A DNA stretch of 58,108 nt from an uncultured Pelagibacteraceae bacterium (GCA_950068185.1 CATMHL010000001.1:1-58108), one strand, 5' to 3'; counted from the first letter of the stretch, positions 1 through 9,915 are shown. A program made the numbers and translations. Notes: a model not told the origin generated them from the sequence alone.

Positions 1-2
1 TG

Positions 3-722
3 ATGCTTCAAGCATATGATTTTTATGAACTTTATAAAAGACGCGAATGTATTTTGCAAATTGGCGGTTCTGATCAGTGGGGAAATATAGTTAATGGAAC
101 TGATTTAATTAAAAGAAAAGAAAAAAAGCTCGCCTATGGACTAACAACTCCGTTGCTAACACTTTCCTCAGGAGCAAAAATGGGGAAAACAGAAAAAGGA
201 GCTATTTGGTTAAATAAAAAAATGCTTTCAGCATATGATTATTGGCAATTCTGGAGAAATACAGACGATAAAGATGTAATAAATTTTTTGAAACTTTTTA
301 CAGATATAGATCTTGAACAAATTGAAAATTTAAAAAGTGGTAATCAGGATATTAACAAACTTAAAGTTTTACTTGCCAATGAGGCAACAGCTATGTTGCA
401 CGGATCTAAAGCTGCTAAAGATTCGGAGTTAACAGCTCGAAAAACTTTCGGTGACAAATCCATTGGAAAAAACCTTCCTATAGTAAAAATAAAAAAAAAT
501 ATAATAACAAACGGTGTAAATATATTAGACCTAGTGCTCCAAACAAAGCTGGGCAATTCTAAAAGTGAAATTAGAAGAATGATTAAAAATAATGGTTTAA
601 AAATTAACAACGAAATTATAACTGATGAAGCAAAAATAATTGATCAGAATAACTTTGATCAGGATAATAACTTAAAAGTTTCTCATGGAAAAAAACAACA
701 TGTAATTGTAAAAATTATTTAA
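3..722 (+). CDS. tyrS: Tyrosyl-tRNA synthetase, C-terminal ~240 aa (5' end outside window)
   Basis: ORF is open to the left edge. Contains 'GGSDQWGNI' and the KMSKS-type loop 'KMGKTEKG', followed by an S4-like RNA-binding tail ('SEIRRMIKNNGLKINN'). Confidence 0.9.
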   Translation: MLQAYDFYELYKRRECILQIGGSDQWGNIVNGTDLIKRKEKKLAYGLTTPLLTLSSGAKMGKTEKGAIWLNKKMLSAYDYWQFWRNTDDKDVINFLKLFTDIDLEQIENLKSGNQDINKLKVLLANEATAMLHGSKAAKDSELTARKTFGDKSIGKNLPIVKIKKNIITNGVNILDLVLQTKLGNSKSEIRRMIKNNGLKINNEIITDEAKIIDQNNFDQDNNLKVSHGKKQHVIVKII

Positions 723-2952
723 CTTCTTCTTTTTTTTTCTTTTTCATTTTTTCTATTGCGCGCACAATAAACCTGGGAGTTAGAGTTTTAATTGGATTTA
801 CTGTTGTCTTAATATCTTTTGGAGGTCCTTTCATCTTAAAGCTTACACCAACTACGCCTTCCCCAGTTTTTTTTCCCACCAAAATATTTCCAATAAGTGG
901 TATTTTAGCAATGATTGCGTTAAGTTTGGTCGCTGGTACTAAAGTTCCTCGTAAACTAACAACTTTTCCTTTATCCACGTATCCATCTAATAAAATTGAT
1001 ATTGCTGGACCCATTGCTAGAGCTTCGTCAATATTTAATACATTACCTTTAGAATTTGATTTCATTTCAAAAGATTCAAAACGTATTCCCTCTCCACTAA
1101 GTGTATCAGCAATACCTTGTAAAGAAGCTAATGTTAACAATTTTGCCAAAGCCGGTACTTTCGAAACTTTAAAGTCTCTAATTATTAAATTTGAATTAGA
1201 GACTTCTTTTGAAATATCTGACTCATATTCCAATTTTCCACCTTCAAAACCTTTTATAAAATCAAAATTCTTTACAAATGGTCTAGCCCTATCTGAAATT
1301 ACTTGAAGTATTTTTTTATCATTATCAACTTGATAAATAGTCATTTCAATTATTTCATTTTCAGAAAAATTTCCCTTTAAACTTAATTTATCGTAAGAAC
1401 CTTTGTTAATTGCAGCAATCATGGCAAAGTTAAATACATCGTCATTTGTACCAGTAAGTACTTTATTAAAATTAATTTTTATTTCGCTATTGAAATTCTT
1501 GCTGAAAGTCTTTTTATCACTTTTTTTATATAGGGATTTGAGCAAAGGTTGTACATCAAAAACCTCACCAGAAATTGTAACTTTTTCTGACTTTTTAACT
1601 AAAAAATCATTATTTTTAATTTCATTTTCAAAAGTCTTTATTTCTAATTTTTTAAAATCTTTTACTTCAAAATTCTTGTTTAGTTTTATATTGGATAAAT
1701 GAATTCTGGTTTTATCAGCTAAAAAATTTAAGTTATTTATATTAAAATATTTGTCCAAAACAAAATTGACATCAAAATTTATTTCAGATTTTTTTCCGTA
1801 ATCTTTATTGTAATTTAATCTGGACACTTTAACTTTAGAGTTTGTTAAGTCTATAATTCCGTTAATATCGAAACTTTTTTCATTATAATTATAAATTTCT
1901 TTTATTTTAAAATTATTAAAATAATCTTTTACTTTTATAAAACCATTTAATTCCGTTGTATTATTTGACTTGGAATTGATAAGTTTAATGTTGGTATCTT
2001 TAAGAATTATTTTTGGATCAAACTCAGGTAAATACTTTTTAATAATTCTTCTTTCTTCAGTGTGTATTTCTAAATAAGCAATATCACCTTCTATTGAATA
2101 AGATAAATTGCCTATTTTAAATTGTTTACCTAAATCAAAATTAATGTTTGTTTTTAGGTCCACAGTTCCATTAACATCTTTTAAATTGCTAGTATTTAAA
2201 GCGAATAATGTTGATATTTTCTTAATTTGAGAAAAATTTAATTTTCCTTTTGTTTTTAACAAACTTTTTACTTTTGTTTCATTCTTTTTGCGTTTTAAAT
2301 TAATTGTGCTACCTGCTAATTCAAGATTATAAATAGAGCCTTTTTTAACTGTTATTTTAAACCCATCAGCACCAGCATCTTTTACATGATTAATTTCTGT
2401 TGTTAATTGTTTAATAGAAAATTCTTTTGTCAAATTAATTGAAGCATCTGAAACTTTTCCAAAAAATCCATAATCTTTTCCTATACTTCCGTCAGATTCG
2501 AACGGGATAATGAATTCTCCTTCCAGGTATCCTTTATGAAATACTTTATTAAGTTTTTTATTAACAATATTAGGAAGAAAAATACTGGTGATTTTTGTTA
2601 AATCTTTTATATCATTTTTAACAAAAGCGACCTCAGCTTTTTTCAATAAAAAATTAGATGAAAAAAATGATTTTAATGGTAAAAATAGATCTAGTTTTGA
2701 TAAAATAATTTCATTTTTTTTAACTAAAATTTTTGGATTTTGTAGTTTAACTACAAGATTAAATTCGGTTGGATTAATATGTATTTTAGTTTTTTGAAAT
2801 CCTAGTTTGACATATCGATTTACTTCATTAGCCTTACTTTTAATTAAACCATCAAATTTATCTGTTTCTATTCCAAAATAACTAAGAAAAATTGTTGCAG
2901 GAACCACAACTATTAAAACTATTAGAAAAAATCTTAAAAAAAATTTACTCAC
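715..2952 (-). CDS. AsmA-family / DUF3971-like envelope protein
   Basis: N-terminal TM helix (FFLIVLIVVVPATIFLSYF), long Asn/Lys-rich body, and a conserved C-terminal tail 'LRGTLVPATKLNAIIAKIPLIGNILVG...GEGVVGVSFKMKGPPKDIKTTVNP' typical of AsmA-like C-terminal regions. Its 3' end overlaps the tyrS 3' end by 8 nt. Confidence 0.6.
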   Translation of the reverse strand: MSKFFLRFFLIVLIVVVPATIFLSYFGIETDKFDGLIKSKANEVNRYVKLGFQKTKIHINPTEFNLVVKLQNPKILVKKNEIILSKLDLFLPLKSFFSSNFLLKKAEVAFVKNDIKDLTKITSIFLPNIVNKKLNKVFHKGYLEGEFIIPFESDGSIGKDYGFFGKVSDASINLTKEFSIKQLTTEINHVKDAGADGFKITVKKGSIYNLELAGSTINLKRKKNETKVKSLLKTKGKLNFSQIKKISTLFALNTSNLKDVNGTVDLKTNINFDLGKQFKIGNLSYSIEGDIAYLEIHTEERRIIKKYLPEFDPKIILKDTNIKLINSKSNNTTELNGFIKVKDYFNNFKIKEIYNYNEKSFDINGIIDLTNSKVKVSRLNYNKDYGKKSEINFDVNFVLDKYFNINNLNFLADKTRIHLSNIKLNKNFEVKDFKKLEIKTFENEIKNNDFLVKKSEKVTISGEVFDVQPLLKSLYKKSDKKTFSKNFNSEIKINFNKVLTGTNDDVFNFAMIAAINKGSYDKLSLKGNFSENEIIEMTIYQVDNDKKILQVISDRARPFVKNFDFIKGFEGGKLEYESDISKEVSNSNLIIRDFKVSKVPALAKLLTLASLQGIADTLSGEGIRFESFEMKSNSKGNVLNIDEALAMGPAISILLDGYVDKGKVVSLRGTLVPATKLNAIIAKIPLIGNILVGKKTGEGVVGVSFKMKGPPKDIKTTVNPIKTLTPRFIVRAIEKMKKKKKEEVK

Positions 2953-2961
2953 AGTTATTTC

Positions 2962-4057
2962 TTAATCTTTTGTTTGATAAAGAGCGGCTTCTAAAAATTC
3001 ATCTATGTCACCATCTAGTACACTATCTGGGTCAGTATTTTCTAAATTATTTCTTAAATCCTTAACCAATTGATAGGGTTGCAAAACGTAGGATCTTATC
3101 TGGTGACCCCATCCAATATCTGTTTTTGATTTAGCTAAATTTTCTGAAGCTTCATCTTTTTTTTGTATTTCATATTTATATAAACGAGCTTTAAGCATAT
3201 TGAAACACGTTTCCTTATTTTTGTGTTGAGATCTTTCATTTTGACACTGAACAACAATATTTGTCGGTAAGTGTGTTATTCTAACAGCACTATCTGTTGT
3301 ATTTACATGCTGTCCTCCAGCACCACTAGATCTATATGTATCAACTCTTATATCTTTTTCTTGTATATCTATTTTAATACTATCATCCACGACTGGATAA
3401 ACCCAAACACTTGCGAAGCTGGTGTGTCTTCTAGCTCCAGAGTCAAAAGGAGAAATTCTAACTAACCTATGAACACCTGATTCCGATTTTAACCATCCAT
3501 ACATATAAGGTCCTGTAATTTTAAGAGTACTAGATTTTATTCCAGCTTCATCACCTCTATGTTCGTTAATTATTTCAAATTTAGACTTTTTCTTTTCTAT
3601 CCATTTAGAATACATTCTTCTCAACATCTGAGCCCAATCTTGGCTTTCCGTTCCGCCAGCTCCAGCATGAATCTCTAGGTAAGTATCCAAATGATCATTT
3701 TCTTCGGATAGGAAACAGGAAACTTCTGTTTTTTTTATTTGGTTAAGTAATAAATTTATTTTTTTTTCACAATCTTTTGTTACCACAATATCATTTTCTT
3801 TTGCAGCAAGTTCTAAAAGTTGCTCTAAATTTTCTAACTCTTTTACAGTAGAATTAAAATCATCAAAAATATTTTCAAGAAATTTTTTCTCTTTAAGAAT
3901 CTTTTGAGCGGATAATTTTTCTTTCCAAAAATTTTCTTGTACTATTTTTTTGTTAAATGTTTGAATTTTCTCCTTGATCTTATTTTTTTCAAAGATACCC
4001 CCTAACATTATCTATTACTTTTTTTATTTTAATAATTTTAATATTTATATCTTCCAT
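2962..4057 (-). CDS. prfB: Peptide chain release factor 2, expressed through a programmed +1 frameshift (frame 0: 4057..3992; +1 frame: 3990..2962)
   Basis: Contains 'SPF' and 'GGQHVNTTDSAVRITH' (GGQ) motifs. The 348-aa tracked ORF lacks the RF2 N-terminus. An upstream 22-codon frame MEDINIKIIKIKKVIDNVRGYL ends in CTT TGA, as in E. coli prfB. Confidence 0.9.
3989..4003 (-). promoter_or_regulatory. RF2 autoregulatory +1 recoding site: AGGGGG-TAT-CTT-TGA
   Basis: Minus strand reads AGG GGG TAT CTT TGA A. This gives an SD-like AGGGGG, a 3-nt spacer, slippery CTT-T and an in-frame UGA. Skipping T3991 joins to GAA AAA AAT AAG (EKNK...). Confidence 0.85.
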
Positions 4058-4059
4058 AG

Positions 4060-6417
4060 TTAATAAAATCTCAGAATTGTTGCCTGATTATTAGAATCAT
4101 AAGTTCCTAATCTATTTTTATCAGATGAATTTTCAAGACCAACTATAAAATTGTCCTCCCCTTTAAAAGATTCATATATCACTCTTTTTGTATTATCATT
4201 TGGTTGTAATCCAGTTTCTACATCAACCATCACTAGATTGATGCCTTTAGGAACTTTAAAAGGAAGTGCGTCTTTTTTTCTAATTACTTTTTCAACAAAT
4301 TTTTTAAAAACTGGTAGAGCCACCTTTGCTCCTGTTTCGTATTTACCTAAAGTTTTAGGTTCATCAAAACCCACATATACTCCTATAACTAATTTTGATG
4401 TAAAACCCAAAAACCACGCGTCCATATTTTTATTTGTTGTTCCTGTTTTGCCAGCCAAAGATAAGTTTAAATCTCTAAGTTTTCTTCCTGTTCCTCTTTT
4501 AACTACACCTTCCAACATTGAAGTAATTTGATAAGCAGTTTCTGAAGAAATAATTTGTTTTCTGTCGTCCTGAATCAAAGGTATTTCGTCTTTTAAATAT
4601 GAAATCCCTTCACAACCAATACATTTTCTTTTATCAGCGTTAAAAATTGTTTTTCCTCTTCTGTCTTGAATTCTATCTATAAATATGGGAGTAACTTTTT
4701 TGCCTCCATTAACAAATGTGCAATAAGCATTTGTAAGTTTTACCAAAGTCGTTTCGGCCGCTCCTAAGGAGACTGATAGTAGTTCTGGTACTTGGTCATA
4801 GATTCCAAAATCTTTTGTAATCTTAGAGATTTGATCAAAACCAACTTTTTGTGCGACACGTACTGTCATTAAATTTCTAGATTTTTCTAAACCAGTTCTT
4901 AAGGTAGATGGACCATAAAACTTTTTTCCATAATTTTCTGGTTTCCATGTTTTTAATCCTTCTCCTTGATCTATAACAAAAGGTGCATCTAAAATTAAAG
5001 TTGATGGATTAAAACCATTTTCTAACGCCGCAGCATAAACAACAGGTTTGAATGCAGAACCAGGTTGCCTCTTAGCCTGAGTTGCTCTATTAAATTCACT
5101 TAATTTAAAACTAAAACCCCCAACCATAGCTAACACTCTTCCGGTATATGGATCCATAACTACAATTGCACCGTTTATTTTGGGTAATTGTTTTAAACTC
5201 CACTTATTCTTTTTTATTTTTTGTACATAAATAATATCGTTTAATTTTAAAAGATCTTCAAAGCTTTTTTTTCTAGTCCACTTAATATTTTTAAAATCTA
5301 TAAAACCTACTTCTTTATTTTCAATTTCGATTTTTAAAGAAAGTTGATTGACATCAATTACTTTTGCAAGTTCCCAATGTAAACTTTTATCATAAATAAA
5401 TTCTTTAATATCTTTTTGCCAGTCTACTGAATTTAAGTTTGTTATTGGACCGCGCCAACCATGTCTTTTATCGTACTTCTCCAACCCTTCTCTAAGAGCC
5501 TCTAAAGCCTTGATCTGATAATTGGAATTTAAAGGTGTTCTTATAGACAGACCTCCCTTATACAGCTCATCATATCCATAAGTATCAGTGACTATTCTTC
5601 TTACTTCTTCTGAGTAAAAATTAGCCTCTTCAAGAAGCTTAATCTTTCTTTTTTTTGTTTTGATTTCTTTTTTTTTTAAATCTTTATATTCAGTATAATT
5701 TATATATGAATTGTCATATAAGTTTTTTAAAACAAAATTTCTTCTAGTTTTTGCTCTTTCAATTGATTTAAATGGATTATATTTATTAGGAGCCTTCGGG
5801 AGAGCTGCCAGAAGAGCGGCCTCTTCATAATTTAAATCGTTAACAGCTTTATCAAAATACTCCAAGCTTGCTGCAGCAATTCCATATGTTCCTTCTCCTA
5901 AATATATTTGATTTAAATATAATTCCATAATTCGTTCTTTTGAATATGCTCTTTCAATTCTGAATGCCAATATGGCCTCCTTAATTTTCCTTTTTATAGA
6001 AATTTCACTTGTTAATAGAAAGTTCTTTGCAACCTGTTGTGTAATAGTTGACGCCCCCTGCAATCTTTTTTCTGAATAAATATTCTTCAAATTATTGATT
6101 ATTGCCCTTGTAATGCTTTTCGCATCAATTCCTGGGTGAGAAAAAAAGTTTTTATCTTCAGCTGATAAAAATGAATAAATTATATTTTTAGGAACAGAAT
6201 CGTAAGGAATAAACAGTCTTTTTTGTAGTGCGTATTCAGCAATTAGTTGGCCTTCCCCAGAATGAACTCTACTTGATATTGGGGGTTTATAGTTCGCTAA
6301 AATTTTATAATCGGGAAGATCTAGTGAAAAATACCAAAGAGTCGAAATTGAGAAAAGTAACCCTAATATAAAAGTGACAATTGTTAATTTTATGATTTTT
6401 TTAAAATAAATAAGCAC
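4060..6417 (-). CDS. mrcA: Penicillin-binding protein 1A (bifunctional transglycosylase/transpeptidase)
   Basis: GT51 motifs 'SAEDKNFFSHPGID' and 'GASTITQQVAKN'. Transpeptidase motifs 'SAFKP' and 'KTGTT'. N-terminal TM anchor. GTG start at 6417. Confidence 0.9.
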   Translation of the reverse strand: MLIYFKKIIKLTIVTFILGLLFSISTLWYFSLDLPDYKILANYKPPISSRVHSGEGQLIAEYALQKRLFIPYDSVPKNIIYSFLSAEDKNFFSHPGIDAKSITRAIINNLKNIYSEKRLQGASTITQQVAKNFLLTSEISIKRKIKEAILAFRIERAYSKERIMELYLNQIYLGEGTYGIAAASLEYFDKAVNDLNYEEAALLAALPKAPNKYNPFKSIERAKTRRNFVLKNLYDNSYINYTEYKDLKKKEIKTKKRKIKLLEEANFYSEEVRRIVTDTYGYDELYKGGLSIRTPLNSNYQIKALEALREGLEKYDKRHGWRGPITNLNSVDWQKDIKEFIYDKSLHWELAKVIDVNQLSLKIEIENKEVGFIDFKNIKWTRKKSFEDLLKLNDIIYVQKIKKNKWSLKQLPKINGAIVVMDPYTGRVLAMVGGFSFKLSEFNRATQAKRQPGSAFKPVVYAAALENGFNPSTLILDAPFVIDQGEGLKTWKPENYGKKFYGPSTLRTGLEKSRNLMTVRVAQKVGFDQISKITKDFGIYDQVPELLSVSLGAAETTLVKLTNAYCTFVNGGKKVTPIFIDRIQDRRGKTIFNADKRKCIGCEGISYLKDEIPLIQDDRKQIISSETAYQITSMLEGVVKRGTGRKLRDLNLSLAGKTGTTNKNMDAWFLGFTSKLVIGVYVGFDEPKTLGKYETGAKVALPVFKKFVEKVIRKKDALPFKVPKGINLVMVDVETGLQPNDNTKRVIYESFKGEDNFIVGLENSSDKNRLGTYDSNNQATILRFY

Positions 6418-6593
6418 AAGTTTGAAGAAATGATTAAATTCTGGCTTTCTTAGGGCATTTATTGATTAAAATGTAAATTGAAAAGAAAAAATTCCTATTT
6501 TTATTGAGAAATTTAGGATATACATACGTATCGGCAAGTAACAGAATTCTAATTTATGAACAAAACTATCATTACAAATAGGAATAAGTTTTC

Positions 6594-8444
6594 ATGGAAA
6601 AAAATTTATATATTGATGCTTCGCATCCAGATGAAACTAGAGTCGTGCTTAAATCAGAAAAGCATATTGAAGAATATGAGTACGAGAACAAAAATAAACT
6701 TTATTTAAAAAATAATATTTATCTAGGAAAAGTTACCAGAATTGAGCCTTCTTTGCAGGCAGCTTTTGTCGATTATGGACGCCAAAAACATGGCTTTTTA
6801 GCATTTAACGATATTCAATCAGATTACTATCAAATACCTTATGATGATAAAAATAAACTCAAAAAAGAAGAAAAAAATTTAAGATTAGAACTTAAAGAAA
6901 AAAGTAAAGATGTTGAAGAAAATGAAAAAAAAGAGCAAGGAATATCTAATGTAACTTCTGCAAATAGCAATACAAATGAAAATAATCTCTCTAATGAAAA
7001 AACTAATGATGGAAATTTACTACCAGAAAAAAGTGACCAATTTAACGAACTAAAAAAAAGATATGGCATTAGAAGATATAAAATACAGGAAGTAATTAAA
7101 CCAAACCAAGTTATTTTAGTTCAAATACTGAAAGATGAAAGAGGTCAGAAAGGTGCTGCTTTAACAACTTTTATATCCTTGGCTGGCAAATATAGCGTTT
7201 TAATGCCTAATACACCAAAGGGTGGTGGTATTTCTCGAAAAATAATCAATTCAAATGATAGAAAAAAAATCAGAAATATTCTTCAAGAAATAAAAATTCC
7301 CGAAACCATGGGATTAATAGTTAGAACTGCTGGCTTAAATAAAACGAAAAATGAACTTAATAAAGATATATTGAATACCATTAACATATGGGAAGAAATC
7401 AAAGAAAAAGCGGTTAAATCTATAGCGCCTAGTTTAGTGTATGAAGAAGGTGATCTTATTAAAAGGGCTATAAGAGACATATACGACAATCAAACCAATA
7501 ATGTAATTGTGGATGGAAATGAAGGGTATCAAAAAGCTAAAAGTTTTATGAAATTTTTGACGCCTGAAAATGTAAAAAAAGTTAAAAAATATAGGGGAAA
7601 AATACCTCTTTTCCATGACGTTGGAATTGAAAAAAATTTAAATCTAATCTTTGATTCGACTATAAAATTAGAATCTGGTGGATATATAGTAATCAATCCC
7701 ACCGAAGCATTAGTTTCGATTGATATAAACTCAGGACAATCAATCAAAGAGGCAAATATAGAAAAAACGGCTTTAAAAACTAATCTTGAAGCAGCAGAGG
7801 AAATATCTAGACAAATCAAAATAAGAGATCTTTCTGGATTAATTGTAATTGATTTTATTGACATGATTAGTTTTCACAATAAAAAAATTGTTGAAAGAAA
7901 ATTAAGAGGAAAACTAAAAGACGATAGAGCCAGAATACAGTTTGGGAGAATAGGTAATTTTGGACTACTAGAAATGACAAGACAGAGACTAAGAGAAAGT
8001 TCAGTCAAGTGGAATATGACGCTCTCACTTGATTCTTTTGCTCTAAAAATAGTTAAAAAAGGAGAAGAATTGGCATTTTCTAATAAAGCAAAAATTGCAA
8101 ATATTTATGTTCCTTCAAAAGTTAAAACCTATATTGAGAAAAATTTTGGAAAAGAAATAAATCATTTTAAGAAAAAATATAAATTAGAATTTAATATAAT
8201 AGCAGATAACACTCATATAATTCCTGAATATAAAATTGATTTATTAAATAAGAATAAAAAAATTATAAAAAAAATTGAAAATATTGAAAAAATTTCTTTA
8301 AAAAATAATTATAATAGAAAGAATTTTATAGATAATAAATTTAATAAAAATTCTAAGGTGAGTAATAAATCTAGGAAAAAATTTAAACATCATTCAAAAA
8401 TAGAAAAAAATAATTTTGAAAATAAAAAATTAGCTAATTATTAA
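6594..8444 (+). CDS. rne: Ribonuclease E/G-family endoribonuclease (short, RNase E-like with an S1-domain insertion)
   Basis: S1 motif 'NIYLGKVTRIEPSLQAAFVDYG', 'RGQKGAALTTFISLAGKYSVLMPN', 'LVSIDINSG', 'GLIVIDFIDM', 'GLLEMTRQRL'. Confidence 0.85.
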   Translation: MEKNLYIDASHPDETRVVLKSEKHIEEYEYENKNKLYLKNNIYLGKVTRIEPSLQAAFVDYGRQKHGFLAFNDIQSDYYQIPYDDKNKLKKEEKNLRLELKEKSKDVEENEKKEQGISNVTSANSNTNENNLSNEKTNDGNLLPEKSDQFNELKKRYGIRRYKIQEVIKPNQVILVQILKDERGQKGAALTTFISLAGKYSVLMPNTPKGGGISRKIINSNDRKKIRNILQEIKIPETMGLIVRTAGLNKTKNELNKDILNTINIWEEIKEKAVKSIAPSLVYEEGDLIKRAIRDIYDNQTNNVIVDGNEGYQKAKSFMKFLTPENVKKVKKYRGKIPLFHDVGIEKNLNLIFDSTIKLESGGYIVINPTEALVSIDINSGQSIKEANIEKTALKTNLEAAEEISRQIKIRDLSGLIVIDFIDMISFHNKKIVERKLRGKLKDDRARIQFGRIGNFGLLEMTRQRLRESSVKWNMTLSLDSFALKIVKKGEELAFSNKAKIANIYVPSKVKTYIEKNFGKEINHFKKKYKLEFNIIADNTHIIPEYKIDLLNKNKKIIKKIENIEKISLKNNYNRKNFIDNKFNKNSKVSNKSRKKFKHHSKIEKNNFENKKLANY

Positions 8445-8456
8445 TTTTCAGAAAAA

Positions 8457-9227
8457 TTAAATTAAATTATTTTGTGGCGAAGAAGCGCTAGCATATTGTT
8501 TCTTTTGCATTCTTCCGGCTTTAAAAGCTTTTCTTCCTGCTATAACAGCATGTTTCATAGCCTCTGCCATCAAAACCGGATTTTTTGCCTCTGCAATTGC
8601 AGTATTTAATAAGACGCCGTCGCATCCTAATTCCATTGCAATGGTAGCATCTGAAGCAGTCCCCACTCCAGCATCAACAATTACTGGCACTGAAGACTGT
8701 TCTTTTATTAAAGCAATATTTATTTTGTTTTGTATTCCAATTCCTGAACCAATAGGAGCTCCTAATGGCATAATTGCACATGCGCCAACATCTTCTAGTT
8801 TTTTTGTCATAATTGGATCATCAGTACAATAAACCATAACCTCAAAACCTTCTTTAACCAAAACTTCTGTCGATTTAATTGTTTCAATCATGTTTGGGTA
8901 CAATGTTTTTTTGTCTCCTAAAACCTCTAGTTTTACCAATCTCCAGCCTCCCATTTCTCTGGCTAGTCTAAGTGTTCTCAAGGCTTCCTCTGACGAATAA
9001 CATCCGGCAGTATTTGGAAGATAGGTAATAGATTTTGGATCTAAATAATCCATTAGTAATGGTTGGTCTTTGTCTAAAATATTTATTCTTCGGACCGCGA
9101 CTGTAACTATATCCGCTCCAGCTGCTTTGACAGCATTTGCTGTTTCTTCGAAGCTTTTATATTTTCCTGTACCAACAATTAATCGTGAATTAAAATTTTT
9201 ATTAGCTATAGTAAAAATATCTTCCAT
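8457..9227 (-). CDS. thiG: Thiazole synthase
   Basis: 256 aa. Contains 'RLIVGTGKY', 'LPNTAGC', '[11 protein letters not shown]' and '[13 protein letters not shown]'. Confidence 0.9.
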   Translation of the reverse strand: MEDIFTIANKNFNSRLIVGTGKYKSFEETANAVKAAGADIVTVAVRRINILDKDQPLLMDYLDPKSITYLPNTAGCYSSEEALRTLRLAREMGGWRLVKLEVLGDKKTLYPNMIETIKSTEVLVKEGFEVMVYCTDDPIMTKKLEDVGACAIMPLGAPIGSGIGIQNKINIALIKEQSSVPVIVDAGVGTASDATIAMELGCDGVLLNTAIAEAKNPVLMAEAMKHAVIAGRKAFKAGRMQKKQYASASSPQNNLI

Positions 9228-9232
9228 AAAAC

Positions 9233-9451
9233 TTATCCTCCTCCAATAAACTGAACTATCTCCACTTTATCATCTTTGTTTAAAATTAAATTTGGATACT
9301 TATTTTTTTCAACAATTTCTCCATTTACTTCTATGGCTACTTTGTTTTTCTGTATTTTAAGCTTATTTAATAGTTCATTTAAATTGGTTCCATCATTTAT
9401 TTCATAAGGAATCCCATTTAATTGTATTTTTGCCACATTTAAGTTATTCAT
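9233..9451 (-). CDS. thiS: Sulfur-carrier protein ThiS
   Basis: 72 aa with a ubiquitin-like pattern '[10 protein letters not shown]...[11 protein letters not shown]' and a C-terminal GG. Lies immediately upstream of thiG. Confidence 0.8.
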   Translation of the reverse strand: MNNLNVAKIQLNGIPYEINDGTNLNELLNKLKIQKNKVAIEVNGEIVEKNKYPNLILNKDDKVEIVQFIGGG

Positions 9452-9474
9452 TTACATTATTTTAACTTATTTAA

Positions 9475-9915
9475 ATGGCAAAAAAAATACTAATAATAAA
9501 CGGTCCTAATTTAAATCTACTTGGTGAGCGAGAAGAACCAAAGTACGGTAAAATCACTCTTGAAGAAGTTAAAAAAAATTGTGAATCCCACGCAGAATCA
9601 ATTGGCGTTGAAATAAAATTTGAACAATCTAATGTTGAAGGTGAAATTGTTACAATGATACAAAAAGCAAAAGATGTTTTCGATGGTATAATTATCAATG
9701 CCGCAGGTTATACACATACTTCAGTTGCAATTTTAGATGCTCTTTTAGCAATTAAACTACCTGCGATAGAGGTACACATAACAAATATTTACAATCGTGA
9801 AGAATTTAGAAAAAAATCTTTAATAAGCGAGGCTGCAAAAGGTATTATTTGTGGGTTTGGTGTAAATGGATATATTATGGCATTAGATTCCATGAAAGAA
9901 ATTATTAATAAATAA
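9475..9915 (+). CDS. aroQ: Type II 3-dehydroquinate dehydratase
   Basis: Contains 'INGPNLNLLGEREEPKYG', 'QSNVEGEIV', 'INAAGYTHTSVA' and 'EVHITNIYNRE'. Confidence 0.9.
   Translation: MAKKILIINGPNLNLLGEREEPKYGKITLEEVKKNCESHAESIGVEIKFEQSNVEGEIVTMIQKAKDVFDGIIINAAGYTHTSVAILDALLAIKLPAIEVHITNIYNREEFRKKSLISEAAKGIICGFGVNGYIMALDSMKEIINK

Noticed and set aside
6556-6708. 50-codon ORF (MNKTIITNRNKFSWKKIYILML...) starting in the rne leader and overlapping the rne start in another frame
   Set aside because: The overlapping rne frame aligns with the conserved RNase E N-terminus from its first residues (MEKNLYIDASHPDETRVVL). The alternative frame is compositionally random. It cannot be excluded as a regulatory uORF, but there is no supporting signal.
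8441-8460. TTAATTTT-CAGA-AAAATTAA hairpin spanning the convergent rne and thiG stop codons (possible bidirectional terminator)
   Set aside because: It is an 8-bp stem made only of A-T pairs. Such palindromes arise easily in this composition and would be very weak, so it is not reported as a feature.
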